A stretch of DNA of 64,000 nt from assembly GCA_020137815.1 (NCBI GenBank), contig CM035356.1, positions 992,001 through 1,056,000 on the forward strand, given 5' to 3'. This stretch comes from Hormiphora californensis. Lineage: Eukaryota > Animalia > Ctenophora. Below, piece after piece: positions 12,672 to 41,602 of the stretch; the first letter of the stretch is position 1; the number at the start of each line of letters is the position of its first letter. Under the pieces are notes generated by a model. That model was not told the origin of the DNA and made no database searches. It saw nothing but the letters and a program-made list of their open reading frames with translations. Both the position numbers and the translations under genes were made by a program.

Positions 12672-15284
12672 TGTCTTGTCTCCTTAATTTTTAATCAAAT
12701 ATCGATAAACTTCAACCACATATATTGAGTTGACCGGATTTCCAGGATAGGTAGTTATAGATCCGCCTCATTATACATATTCAGGAACATCATTTAGACA
12801 TGGGGTAAAGCTGGTCGTGTGGGAAGTGAGCACTACAATGCAAACCATCCCCTGGCAACAGCACACGTGTGTTCTATTTTAGATGCTCTCTAGTCTCTCT
12901 CTAGTCTTCCTCTCCCTCTCTTTAGTCTCTCTCTTTCTCTCTCCCTCCCTCTCTCTTTTTATTCTTGCTCGCAGATACGGGGGCCATTAGCCACGGAAAG
13001 AGAGAAAAAGACAGACAGCAGATGACTCTAACTTTATACGTAAGCAGTTGGTACTACAACTCGCTTACCTCTCTCTCCCTCTCTCTCTTTCTCTCTTTCT
13101 CTCTATCTCCCTATCTCTTTTCTCCCCCCTTTTCTCCTCTCCGTCTCTCTCTCTCTCCCCTTCCCCTTCTCTCCCCTCCTCCGTCTCCCCTCTCCCCCCA
13201 CCCTCTCTCTTTTCCCCTCTCTTTGCCCCTCCTCTCTCCCCTCTTCTCTCCCCTCTCGTTTCCCTTCTTCCTTTCTATTTTTTATTTCTCAAACCCGGCC
13301 TAGTACATATATAGTTGTTGCTCAAAAATAATTGCCCTTTTAATCCCCCCCTAATTTATTTTTTTTTTCCCTCAAACCTACGTGGGTCGGGTGGGGGGGG
13401 TTAAAATTTTAAGTCTCATTTATCGCGTTTCGGTTCTTTTAGTTTTGACCTGAATGATAACAACTGATATTTCTATGGTAATGATTCCAATTGCATCCAA
13501 TGAATCGTGTGAAACAGGGAAACACCCCTCTCGTACATTGTATACCGGGGGGATTTTCAAAAGTTTTCCCAAAGAAAGGGGGGGTTTTCGAAGGGGACCA
13601 ATGTGACCCGGGAACCCCCCGAATTTTAAAAAGGGATCCCTCCGATCCCGCCCCCTTGAAACGTGACCAAAACCCCCCCAATAATCCGATAAATACGAAT
13701 TGGGGCCCAGCCTCCCCCGGGGTTTTTTAGTTTCCCCCTCCCCTGTCCTAAAAGGGCCCCACTTCTTTTCCCCCCAGCAAATCACGGTGGGTTGAAACCC
13801 TCACTCCCCCAACCCCCCATTTCCCCCCCTCTCTCTCCCCTTTCTCTCCCCTTTTCTCTCTCTCTCTCACACATCTTGGTAATCCTTTCTTTCAGCTCGC
13901 TTCAATTTTAATATCTATAATACCTAGTAGTATTCCTGGATGCCCCCTCGTTCTACTTCTACATCTTGTAGTACTTCTATATTCAGTTCAATCGTTGACA
14001 TGCAGCTATTCTCGTGACTTCATCTGAATGTGTATCGTTTACCGGTTCTACAGTCAAATCTCAAACCTTGATTTAGTGGACGGATAAGTTCCCCTAATTT
14101 ACAATTTTATCTATAAAACCTCTTTTTATTGATTAAAATGTAACCCCCCGGGGGGGTTTTTGGCTGACCTATCTTCTCTAAAGTTGACTTTATTTTATCT
14201 TATTCAGCCTTATTCACAGTTTTAATTTTCTTTGGTAGACCAGGTTAATCTTATTCGTCAAGAACATATTGAATGCTCTAGTACTTGGTACCGAGAAGAC
14301 TTGTGAGTCAGGTGTGTCATGTTTCGGAGCAAGACACCCAACGAGGATGAACAATATCTCAACCAGGTAACACATACATGGTAACCATGGTAACACTACA
14401 TGGTAACCATGGAAACACGGTAACACACTTGTAAGTCTTTTATGACAACTTCTCGCATCCCCAATGACACATTTTCCCAAAAATGATGAAAAAAAATAAT
14501 ACGTTTGATGTCAAAAGTCGCGGTGAGACAATTACAGATTTGTTTGTGTTTTGCGGTGATTGATGGGTTTCCCTTTTACGGATAAGTTCTAAACGCTCCT
14601 TTGAAAAAATCGAATCAAAAATAAAATAAAACATTTAGTGATCAAAATATTCTTGTTACAAATTACACTTTCTTTTTCTTTTTCCCTTTTTTTTTTTTTT
14701 TCTCCGGGCCCCCCCCCTTTTTCTTTTTTTCCCCCCCTTTTTACCGTTGGAAAGAAACCAAAAAAAACTAAAGAAGGGTTAGGAAAAAAAACTTGGGGGA
14801 AAGGACTAAGGAAAAAGAAGAGGGGAATGTCTTTACCGGAACGGATTTAAAAATATAAAACCTCGCAAAAAGAACTGAAAGAGGTAAACATTTTGTTTTT
14901 TATACCCGATTTTGTAAAAATTTGGGGGAAATTTTTTAAAACGGAAGTTTTTGGTTTTGGGAAGCATTTGGTAAAACAAAAAATTATCTAGGAGTTTCAT
15001 TAAATGTCGGGGTTGGTTGGTAGGGTACTAAGAATGCTAGAATGGTTGTTCTAAATGTGAGCACAAAGCGTGCCGACAATTTGAACTGTAGTAGGACAAG
15101 AAGCTGTATGTTTTAAAATTCTAGCTAACATATCGCCATGTTCAATCTCCCCCTTGCTGTATCAAATTGTAGCCTATCTTGGCCTAATTTGGATTTTAGG
15201 AAGTTTAGAATATGTTTGATCCGGACCCTCCTACAGATTCTGTCTCCATAATACATTTCTATGAAGCTTTCATAGAAAATAAGA

Positions 15285-20293
<5,009 letters not shown>

Positions 20294-21179
20294 TGTGAAA
20301 GAAGAGTGAAGACCTCTTGCAGAGTGACAGTCGCATTCTTTGATCGAAAAGCTGTACTCATAAATGAACAAAACTTTCACATCTTTTATTGCTTCTTTCA
20401 CTCTCTTTTTTGTCTCTTCCATCTTGTTCTTTCTTTCTCTTACTAAAGAGTCTTAGTTCTCAATCTCACTACCCCCTCTCTAACGCTCACTCTCACTCCT
20501 TCTTGCCTCATGAATGCCGACCAAATCTCCAATGTATTGAAACATGATGTTATTATCAACATCAAAGCAGCATTTTATTTAGGTAAACTTCAGCCGGTAA
20601 TTATAATACCAGAGTTGTTGGTATAATATTGTTAGCCTATTTCTCCCATTTGAAGTTACCGTCCCTCTCTCTCTCTCTACCTCATACAATTTCTTGTTTC
20701 TGTTTGTTGCCAAACATAATTGGTAACTGCGCCAAAATTAGTACGTGGAATTTCTGGTTTTTGTAGTCAGAAGTGGGTTAGGGTAGCAGTCCTTGAAAGA
20801 CCTGAGATAATATATAGATCCTGAGATAGATAGACGCATATAGTCCTTATATCTCCTTGTTACTTCTAACCAACAGGCCATTACACAACACATATTAGGA
20901 CCGGTTCTCTAACATTTGTACTATATCTCGAGTACTGAGTAGTATGGTGTTTCAGGTGGGTAGTGTCATATAGTATCATTCGGTCGGAGCATGCATGCCT
21001 GCACCTAAATAGTGGTGTCACTAATACGTAAATCATTCCCCTGTATTTAGTGTACATGATCGCCCTGTTTTCTCCTGTTTCTAACATCTCTCTTTAGTCT
21101 CCCCCTCTCTAGCATTTCTAACCACTCTTCCCAAGCATTTCTAACCTCTGATCCTCCCCCCCTCCAGGCATGGTTGGCG

Positions 21180-23013
21180 ATGGGGTCAGAACACGCCAAA
21201 TTTCAGCTTCAAAAAGCTGAACCTAACCTCCACTACTTCTGTCTGACGATCCGGGAGACAAACACAATCAGAGTGATTCATGTTCCCCCTGATGTTAAAA
21301 CACTCATCCGCAAAGTTATTAAATGTAACTGGCCCCCCGGTGTTAGTAGTGAGGTAGGTAAATGTATAAGCTGTTTCAACTTGGTTTGTTTTAGTTATTA
21401 ATTTTGATAAATTTCCTAAAATTTTTACCATTCCCCCTGATCTCAGTTAGATGAGGTAGAATATTGGGAGTTAAAGTTAAAGGGAACCCCCTTTTGGAAT
21501 AGCTTTAACAGTGAATATGCCCTCCGTGTACATCGCCTTATGTGCCTCATAATACAGGTACTTCGTCCCACTTTGCTGGGCCATAGGGGAGGGTGGCTGC
21601 CGTCTGTTATATATTGGGCGTGAACAGTTGCCTAATCACAGAGGTACCCACGTAGTACGAACTGATGTGCCTTCTTCGTAAAATTCGTGGTTTTCAGCCA
21701 AGTGCCAATATTAGTCTTTGTTGATATACTCACCGTCTTTTTCAGGAGTTGTATGCGGGAGGTTATGAAATTATTATTACCAGTGATCTCTCAAGGATAC
21801 GAGACTTGAGTTCATTTTTTATTAAAAAGTCTCCAATTCTAACCAAAGACACCCAAAATGTACATATCTTCACGGTCACTCTAAGGTAATTAATGGAAGG
21901 CTTGATTGTTAGCCTGGAATATTTGCATGGTAGAAAATGATCGTGTAGATCACACTACATTTTATTTCATGTGAGGGTTCGGCAGATCAACTAAATAATG
22001 CCTATATTTTCAGTGGTGAGAACTTGCTCTACTTGACGAACATTCCCAAGGGAACGAAGCAGGAGTTGGTGAAACTACTTTCTGAAAATTGGGGGAAAGG
22101 GGTCAAAAAGGTACTCCACAGTGTTCTACCACTAATGTCCTGTATTTTGAAGCTTCCATTGCATTGATTGGTTCAGGCCCACCAGAAAATCGTATTTTGA
22201 CCCCCACCCTTTGTCCAGGAAACGTACTATAAAAGCGGGATTGTTATCGCGTTAGGAGGGAAACCATGGTTGGACGTAAAAAGCATGAGCGTCGCAGCAC
22301 GGTCACTCCTACATAAACTTATCAACTTTCTAGGGTGAGTGCTCCTTCATAAACTTATCAACTTTCTTGGGTGAGTGCTCCTTCATAAACTTATCAACTT
22401 TCTTGGGAGAGTGCTCCTTCATTTAAACTTATCAACTTTCTTGGGCGAGTGCTCCTTCATAAACTTACCAACTTTCTTGGGTGTGCTCTTTCATAAACTT
22501 ATCAAATTTCTTGGGTGAGTGCTCCTTCATAAATTCATCAACTTTCTTGGGTGAGTGCTCCTTCATAAATTCATCAACTTTCTTGGGTGAGTGCTTAACA
22601 TTTGTCTACTAAGAGGTACAGAAGTAGTCAGTAATCGCGAGTTAAACATGTAATGTGGTTTTTACCCCGACTGGTCTGAATATGATGCGAGACTGAAATT
22701 ATCAGCTGGGATCCAGTCTGATCAGACTATAATAAATCTCACCCCACCCTGAACATGTCTCTTGTGTCACAGTCAGTCAGTGCATCACTAATCGATCAAT
22801 TAATCACATATTATGTCTGCTAGGTGTCCATTAAATGTAGACAAAAAGCGGCCCGTTTGCAGCTACAACTGTGCTATCTCTCTCTCTATCTCTCTTCCCT
22901 TTCTCTCTCTCTCTCCTTCTTCCCAAAACTGTGTGTTCAGTTTTGAGAGAGTGTGTTTAGCATAAATCCTGTACAGTCGATTGCTCATCCGTCAAAGAAC
23001 ATAGATAACTGAT

Positions 23014-23111
<98 letters not shown>

Positions 23112-23307
23112 TCTTAATCACTGGATCGGACAGACTGCACGACTCTCTGTACAAAAACCTTCCAGATCATCGTCATGATGACGGAATGAATCATAACCAA
23201 TGATAATGACCCACACCCACACAATAATGACGTTTACAAAGGAAAGATGACATAATCTAACCGTCAAGCCACAAATTGTAAATGGTTTACAATTTGCATT
23301 GTCTGAT

Positions 23308-23375
<68 letters not shown>

Positions 23376-26300
23376 CAGATTATGTCATTGATTTTCCTCT
23401 CGTTCTTCTATTAGTAAAGAAGAGAGAAAATATCTAGATTCGTCACTAACAAAAGTTTTCCAAATGGTATATCTTTTCACTCATCACACAAGCCTTTTAT
23501 ATTTTCATTTTCAGAATGACGGGTTGGGATTTGGTAACGACGGGGCGAGTAAAGAATGCTCGTGATACACTCTTTTTTAAACGAGTTCGAAAAAACGCCG
23601 GCATCAACGACCTAGTTAGGAGTTTTCTAAGGTAAACTAAGACATGTTTCAACTATGAAGCTTGAAGAAGCCATAGTTTCCTGATAAATGAATTAAAAAA
23701 CTAAAATTGAAACTAATTAGAGATCCCGGCACTCAATACAATCTCCACTTCAGTTTAAGTATAAACGGAAAGGATAAATTGAGGATCCTGCACTGTTCTG
23801 CGCCATCAATTGTGGAAGATCTTAAGAGAATAATCACCCTCGACTGGGAGGGAGAAATACTGTCCGAGGTAGTGGTATTGCATGCTTGTGTAATGATAAA
23901 GAATCATGAAGCCTGGAAAGATGTGTTCTCTAAAGTCGAATTTTTTATTTAAGCGACAGGCCGCCGCGCATTCAAACAGGTCGCGCGGCGTTGTATTTGC
24001 GCGTGATAATCGAGATCGAGTTCCTAGCAATCTTAAGGCTTAAACCCGGAAGCGTTGGAAAGATAATTTCAAGACCTTTCCAACGCAACCAAGATCAACT
24101 CTTTATCTTATCAGGAACGTGAGATATGAGCAAAAAGATTTCTCGAATTGTCACGCGCAAATATAACGCCGCGCGACTTCTTTGAATGCGCGGCGGCCTG
24201 TCGCTTAAATTAAAAATTGGACTTTATCTATTATATAGAATATTAGAACCCTACACATACCAACCCTCCTCAGTCCACGAAGAATGGAAGCCACGAATTC
24301 GAAATAAAGGGTAACCCGTTTTGGTGTGAGAGTACAGAGGCAATACAGACACGGTACCTAATGATAAAGATACTGGAGACGCTACAAAATAGGGGATTTA
24401 GGGTATCCTGTGCTATAAATCCTTCATCCCGTCTACTCAACAAGGGGCTCATCATTTTTAGGTTGGTGACACACTCAAACAATCACCTAGTCGTTTACAG
24501 CTAGAACACAGAAGGTTCAGATTCTGTGATAGTCAGGACCTTGTTACTCAACAAGCCTACACGATATCTTGACCCACGGCTATTTTGGTATCCAATTCTG
24601 CCCTGCCAGACCTCGCTATTACATGTGGGGCTCATATCTCTGTGTTTCAGGAAGTGCGTGCCAACACCACTGAAGGTTATCTGTATCAGCTTCGATGAAA
24701 ATGATAGGATACGGATAATGAACGCACCCGATGACTTTATCAACTGCATCAAAAGTGTTCTTCAGGTAAGACACAAACCACTATCACCAGCATCTATAAT
24801 GTAAACAACGTTTGTTAAACCAGTCACAGCTGCTGCAGCAGCAGCGGTTCGGTATAATTGTCGAACACCAAATCTTAACAAGTTTCTTCTCCACTACAGG
24901 AGCGATACAAGTCGGGGGTGGTAAAAGAGTCGACGTTCCGGCGGGCATTTGACTTCAAGATCAGGGGAGAGCCATGGAGTGGTATTAATGCTAACGATGG
25001 GATCGAGGCAAGGAGCATGATGTGTCATCTGCTACAAAAGGTATGATTTCTATCCTATGATTTCTGCTAAAGTGATTACTGATTAACAATTAATATGACG
25101 TGATCAACTGCTATAGCCCAACTGTTCATTCTGAGAATTCTGATACAAAGATATTATTTGCCGTACTGATATATGAGGTAACTCCAACCCCCCAGTTTCA
25201 TCTCCTTGTTTAACATTGGGAGTTACCAAGGGAATTCACTGGGTTCGATTAATCTAGGCACATACCCACAGTACTATTCGAATTGGCGTATCTTTATATC
25301 AGGAATCTCGGATAGCAACAATCCTTGTGTTTTATTGCTATCTGAACAGATTAGGCGTATAGACAGGGCTCTTATTATCAGCAGTGCTCACGTTTCAAGG
25401 ATAATGTTTTAATTATGCACTGAACTGCTGTAGACATCACCCACTCACTTCATACACACACAAACACCCACACACATGACCAAGCCTGTACGACAGGTTA
25501 TTGATCACCGGCTGTATTACAGCACGAGAGAGCCGTCACTAGTATCGTGCAGAGATCCGAAGATCATGATAACAATTAATATGACGTGATCAACTGCTAT
25601 AGCCCAACTGTTCATTCTGAGAATTCTGATACAAAGATATTATTTGCCGTACTGATATATGAGGTAACTCCAACCCCCCAGTTTCTATGTGCCTAGATTA
25701 ATCGAACCCAGTGAATTCCCTTGGTAACTCCCAATGTAAAACAAGGAGATGAAACTGGGGGGTTGGAGTTACCTCATATATCAGTACGGCAAATAATATC
25801 TTTGTATCAGAATTCTCAGAATGAACAGTTGGGCTATAGCAGTTGATCACGTCATATTAATTGTTATCATGATCTTCGGATCTCTGCACGATACTAGTGA
25901 CGGCTCTCTCGTGCTGTAATACAGCCGGTGATCAATAACCTGTCGTACAGGCTTGGTCATGTGTGTGGGTGTTTGTGTGTGTATGAAGTGAGTGGGTGAT
26001 GTCTACAGCAGTTCAGTGCATAATTAAAACATTATCCTTGATTACTGATTGTTATCAATGGCATTTGAAGAGCCATTTGTCGAAAAGAACGTCTGATTCA
26101 GACTCTGCAGAATTGGTCTGAGTGACTTGTAGTAACAACCCATCGTTAAACATTTCATTCATTCTTCTCAGATTGCCCCTATGTTAATCAAATTCATAAT
26201 TCATACCATGTATTTATAGGTAACGTTGAAGGGCTGGAAAGTGGTCCTTTCTACAGATGCAACCAGTTGTGCCGTGAAAAGCGACGATCGAAAAGATCAC

Positions 26301-26516
26301 CCTCAGGTAACTTGATTAGGCCAAGAATAACATCACTCCCAAATCTAACCTCATTCTAAACGCACTCTGACCTCACTCCCCCACTCTAACCTTACTCTAA
26401 CCTCACTTTTTAACCTCACTTTGACCTCACCCCACCACCAGGACGTGCAGAGTTGGTATCTAATGCGGACTGATACAATTAACAAGGCGGTGGCCAAGTG
26501 GAAAAACCCGGGTTGA
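21180..26516 (+). CDS. 12-exon ~491 aa uncharacterised protein made of four ~110-120 aa repeats (IRV/I..P...I...W..G...E...E(L/F)K(L/I)xGxP(F/W)...R.L...I...L...G(W/Y/F))
   Basis: Exons 21180-21353, 21447-21557, 21746-21885, 22014-22110, 22219-22334, 23515-23631, 23754-23868, 24274-24461, 24651-24765, 24900-25040, 26220-26306, 26442-26516 are all GT-AG and phase-consistent (1476 nt). Repeat cores: KLKGTPFW, ALGGKPW, EIKGNPFW, KIRGEPW. C-terminus HPQDVQSWYL. Confidence 0.85.
22312..22594. repeat. 36-bp tandem repeat x8 spanning a splice donor
   Basis: Unit cataaacttatcaactttcttgg|gtgagtgctcctt. Confidence 0.95.
23931..24226. mobile_element. MITE with ~75-bp TIRs in an intron
   Basis: taaagtcgaattttttatttaagcgacaggccgccgcgcattcaaa... 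/ ...tttgaatgcgcggcggcctgtcgcttaaattaaaaattggacttta. Confidence 0.8.
25085..26041. repeat. Intronic palindrome (291-bp arms, 65-bp loop) plus upstream partial copy
   Basis: 25395-25685 is the reverse complement of 25751-26041; 25085-25264 is the reverse complement of 25686-25866. Confidence 0.9.
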
Positions 26517-26978
26517 GGGAGAGAGAAAAAGTGTTACCCGTGATATCTGCATGTCTAATAATTAATTAATTAATTATATCCTTGATCTGGCTGAGGAGAG
26601 AGAGAGAGAGAGATATACAAGGAGAGATTGGAGAGAAAAAGAGAGACTTTGGGTTTCAATTTGATTTTTTTCATGTGTCACGCGGACCTGCTTGTGTGTT
26701 TGTGTCTGTGTAATGTGTGTGTTATACTAAAAGGACGGAAACTTTTAAAAACATCGTCTTTGGTTGGTTTTGAACTTAATTGGAAATACGACATCATCGC
26801 GATTAACAAATAATACGTACACCATGTCTTTATCGGTCCGTTCTCTGATCAAGATTTAGTATTCTCACTTCTCAGTCTCACTTTCTGTCTCACTCGACAA
26901 AATCTTCATCTCCCATTCCGTATAAATTTCTAAATCTCCTCTCTATACTATATCCTTGAGTGACTCTCTCCCTCTCTT

Positions 26979-38521
<11,543 letters not shown>

Positions 38522-38694
38522 TCTTATCAAATCATCTCATATATTCTATTAAACATACAGGAGGGGATGGTTATGTTCTAACCCTTCGAATGGGGAAGAT
38601 GAGGTCAATAGGGAGGTCCCAGGGGGTGGTCAAACAGCAAACTACGCAAAAGTAAACAGTGCGAACATTGAACTGTGAATGTAATACAAGGTTT

Positions 38695-40398
38695 AAACAA
38701 GAATTATTGCATTATGTGTTCATAATGCTGAGTTTCCCTGCCCTACCGTTTCACATGTCAGTGACATTGTCACTGCCAACAGGATCAAGGCTTGGTCATA
38801 ATGTAATGTGAGATGCATACGATCTAGCTGCCAGTATACTTCTCAAATAGCTTAGAGTTAGCTAACTCCCAATCACATGACACTTGCTAACCAGCTTTTG
38901 ACATTCCATCTCACACTCGACTCGCAAGATGAAAATGTGTATGTAACACGCGAAACGCGCGGCAGAGCATTTCATGTTTTGTTGAGTGGCGCGCACACAC
39001 ACGTCCATCAAACTGTGTCAATGAGGTGTTTGATGAAGGAGTAGCTCGTCACTGTGCGCGCGGCTCTAGTTGCTACACCGTTGCCCCTCGCAACGAAAGT
39101 GTGACCAAAAAATGTCCCTCTACCGATTAGTTAGTATACCAAAATGTCGTTTTCGAATTCTAACCCTGCTATGGATTGCACTCTTATCGTTTCTCGTTTC
39201 CTGTTGCTCTCGTTCTCTCAGTACAAACACCACATTTTGTCACCTGTTTCTTCCTTTAACATTCAACAATCACTCACAGCCCTCCTCCTACTCCCCAGTG
39301 GTCTCTACACAGCTTAGATAATGCCCAATGTGTCCCTGATAAGCTTAGAAATGGCCCATTTTCACTGAAAAGGTACCCGGAAAATCCCACCCGCCCACCC
39401 CCCAGCCACCCTCCCTAAATAGAGGCGTTTACTAAACAGCCCACTACAGCGACAATCCTTGTGTTTTGGTGCACTAAGTCGCTTATCGCGTGTAACAATT
39501 ATCAATGATCTTATCTATGTTATCCGACTTGTCTTCTAGAACATTTCACACTCTACATTTGTACTGTCCTATGCCTTATTTGTGTTTGATTGTCTTTAAT
39601 CTTAATCTCTACTGAAAATGGACACACTTCACATCTCATCACCAATACGTCACGGTACCCATCACATCCATCAAGGTCGTAAGTTTGTCAGTCCGTTGTT
39701 ATGTACAGTTGTATCCAAATTATGATCGTAGCCATTGAGAGATTCTATTCTTATTCGTAGTTAGTATCTTTAGCTAGCGCTGTTGACAGACCGTACTCAC
39801 AATGGAAAACGTTACCTTGATCCAGACCAAGTCCAAGACTTGCTACCTTGTTCCAAAACATCTCAAGACTACCACAAAGGCAAAACGTTACCTTGTTCCA
39901 GACAAAACAAACTCAAGACACTCAAAGGCAAATCGTTACCTTGTTCCAGACTAAACTAAACTCAAGACACTCTCAACGGCAAAACGTTACCCTGTTCCAG
40001 ACTAAACTAAACTCAAGACACTCTCAAAGGCAAAACGTTACCTGCTCCAGCTTAATATAAACCTTAGGAATTGATTTAGGCCAGGAGTAGTGTGATACCC
40101 CTGTCGACGTCGTGCGGCTCACGCCGCTCGGCGTCGCCAGTGGTTGACCACGGTCTTCCTGGAGCGTCTGAAGTAACATGCTCTGCATAAACTGATTGGT
40201 GGGTGGCCTTGCTACGGCGGAGTGGTGGACGTGCTGGGGCGCCTAATAAGCGTGCTCGGTGCGGCCGCCGCTACTTTCGGGCAGGTCACTCGCCAGACGC
40301 AGCAAGTACAAACAAACAAACAACCCTGCTATGCCTTTTTACAAAGTAAAAAGGCATCCGGGTGAATGCCTTCGGCATTCACCCGGGCAGGGAAAAAA
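38695..40398 (+). mobile_element. Non-autonomous Helentron/Helitron-like element, split by a 1.15-kb insertion
   Basis: Starts aaacaagaat, ends with perfect hairpin ccgggtgaatgcc-ttc-ggcattcacccgg plus an A run. Parts 38695-39173 and 40334-40398 align collinearly with the reverse complement of 52544-52901. Confidence 0.6.
39174..40321. mobile_element. Unclassified 1.15-kb insertion with 12-bp TSD and (CAAA)n end
   Basis: TSD aaccctgctatg at 39162-39173 and 40322-40333; no long ORF. Confidence 0.65.
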
Positions 40399-40533
40399 TT
40401 CAACGAGTCCCAGAAAAACTTCAGTAAGATTATCACAGTTATCTGTTTTTAAGCTAATATAACACATAATTGTATAAATGTATAAATGTATAAATGTATC
40501 TATACATTTTTATTAATACAAATATGTATATTT

Positions 40534-41537
40534 TAGTAGGGACGAATCTTAATTTTTTGACTCACTATTTGGTGCAAAGCAAATTTCGGTTGTAACCCAC
40601 CTATTTTGACCCGCTGAACACGATCCCGTTCATAGGCAAGCTCGGAAAAGTGAAGAAAATGCCCAAATCGGCCACGCCCTTTTACCTGTATTTTTAGCCT
40701 GTAGCCAAAAACATAAATCCTCTTAAAATAGGAGTAGAGACAAATCTGAGGGCACTAAAGTGATCAGCGCCCTCGCATTAGTGGGGGTAGGTGCTGGAAT
40801 TAAGTCTCTATCTCATCTGGTTAATTAGATAATTGGATAATTAGGTTTGCGCATAACCGTTTTTTGGCTATCTGGCTATAGCCACTTAGGAATGGTTTAG
40901 AGACTTTTCACTGGCGCCATTTTGTAGGCAATAAGCAAGTTGTGGGGGGTCGACCTCGGACTTTTAAGCTCTATCTCCAACCGTTTAGCCGTTATTTGGC
41001 TTAAACGATGCTCAAAATCGGGCTTTTTACCGCTTTTCGCTTATTTTGAGCATCGACTAAGCCCAATAACTGCTAAACGGTTGGAGATAGAGCTTAAAAG
41101 TCCGAGGTCGACCCCCCACAACTTGCTTATTGCCTACAAAATGGCGCCAGTGAAAAGTCTCTAAACCATTCCTAAGTGGCTATAGCCATATAGCCAAAAA
41201 ACGGTTATGCGCAAACCTAATTATCCAATTATCTAATTAACCAGATGAGATAGAGACTTAATTCCAACACCTACCCCCACTAATGCGAGGGCGCTGATCA
41301 CTTTAGTGCCCTCAGATTTGTCTCTACTCCTATTCTAAGAGGATTTATGTTTTTGGCTACAGGCTGAAAATACAGGTAAAAGGGCGTGGCCGATTTGGGC
41401 ATTTTCTTCACTTTTCCGAGCTTGCCTATGGACGGGATCGTGTTCAGCGGGTCAAAATAGGTGGGTTACAACCGGAATTTGCTTTGCACCAAATAGTGAG
41501 TCAACCACTTCTTTTTGCGAGAGATTCGTCCCTACTA
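40534..41537. mobile_element. ~1-kb foldback (near-perfect palindrome) non-autonomous DNA element
   Basis: Outer TIR tagtagggacgaatct / agattcgtccctacta; ~460-bp arms with few mismatches around a ~25-nt centre near 41030. Confidence 0.85.
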
Positions 41538-41602
41538 TTTGTTATTTTGACGATATAAATTATAAACCCACAGGGGCCGAAACTGGAAGGGGGAGAGACA
41601 CT

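Noticed and set aside
11516-12728. 392/399-aa ORFs
   Set aside because: Translations of a G-free 21-bp minisatellite; no evidence of coding function.
22312-22594. 36-bp (and 35/36-bp at 31225 and 8861) repeats resembling CRISPR repeat length
   Set aside because: Head-to-tail with no unique spacers, no cas genes, eukaryotic intron context.
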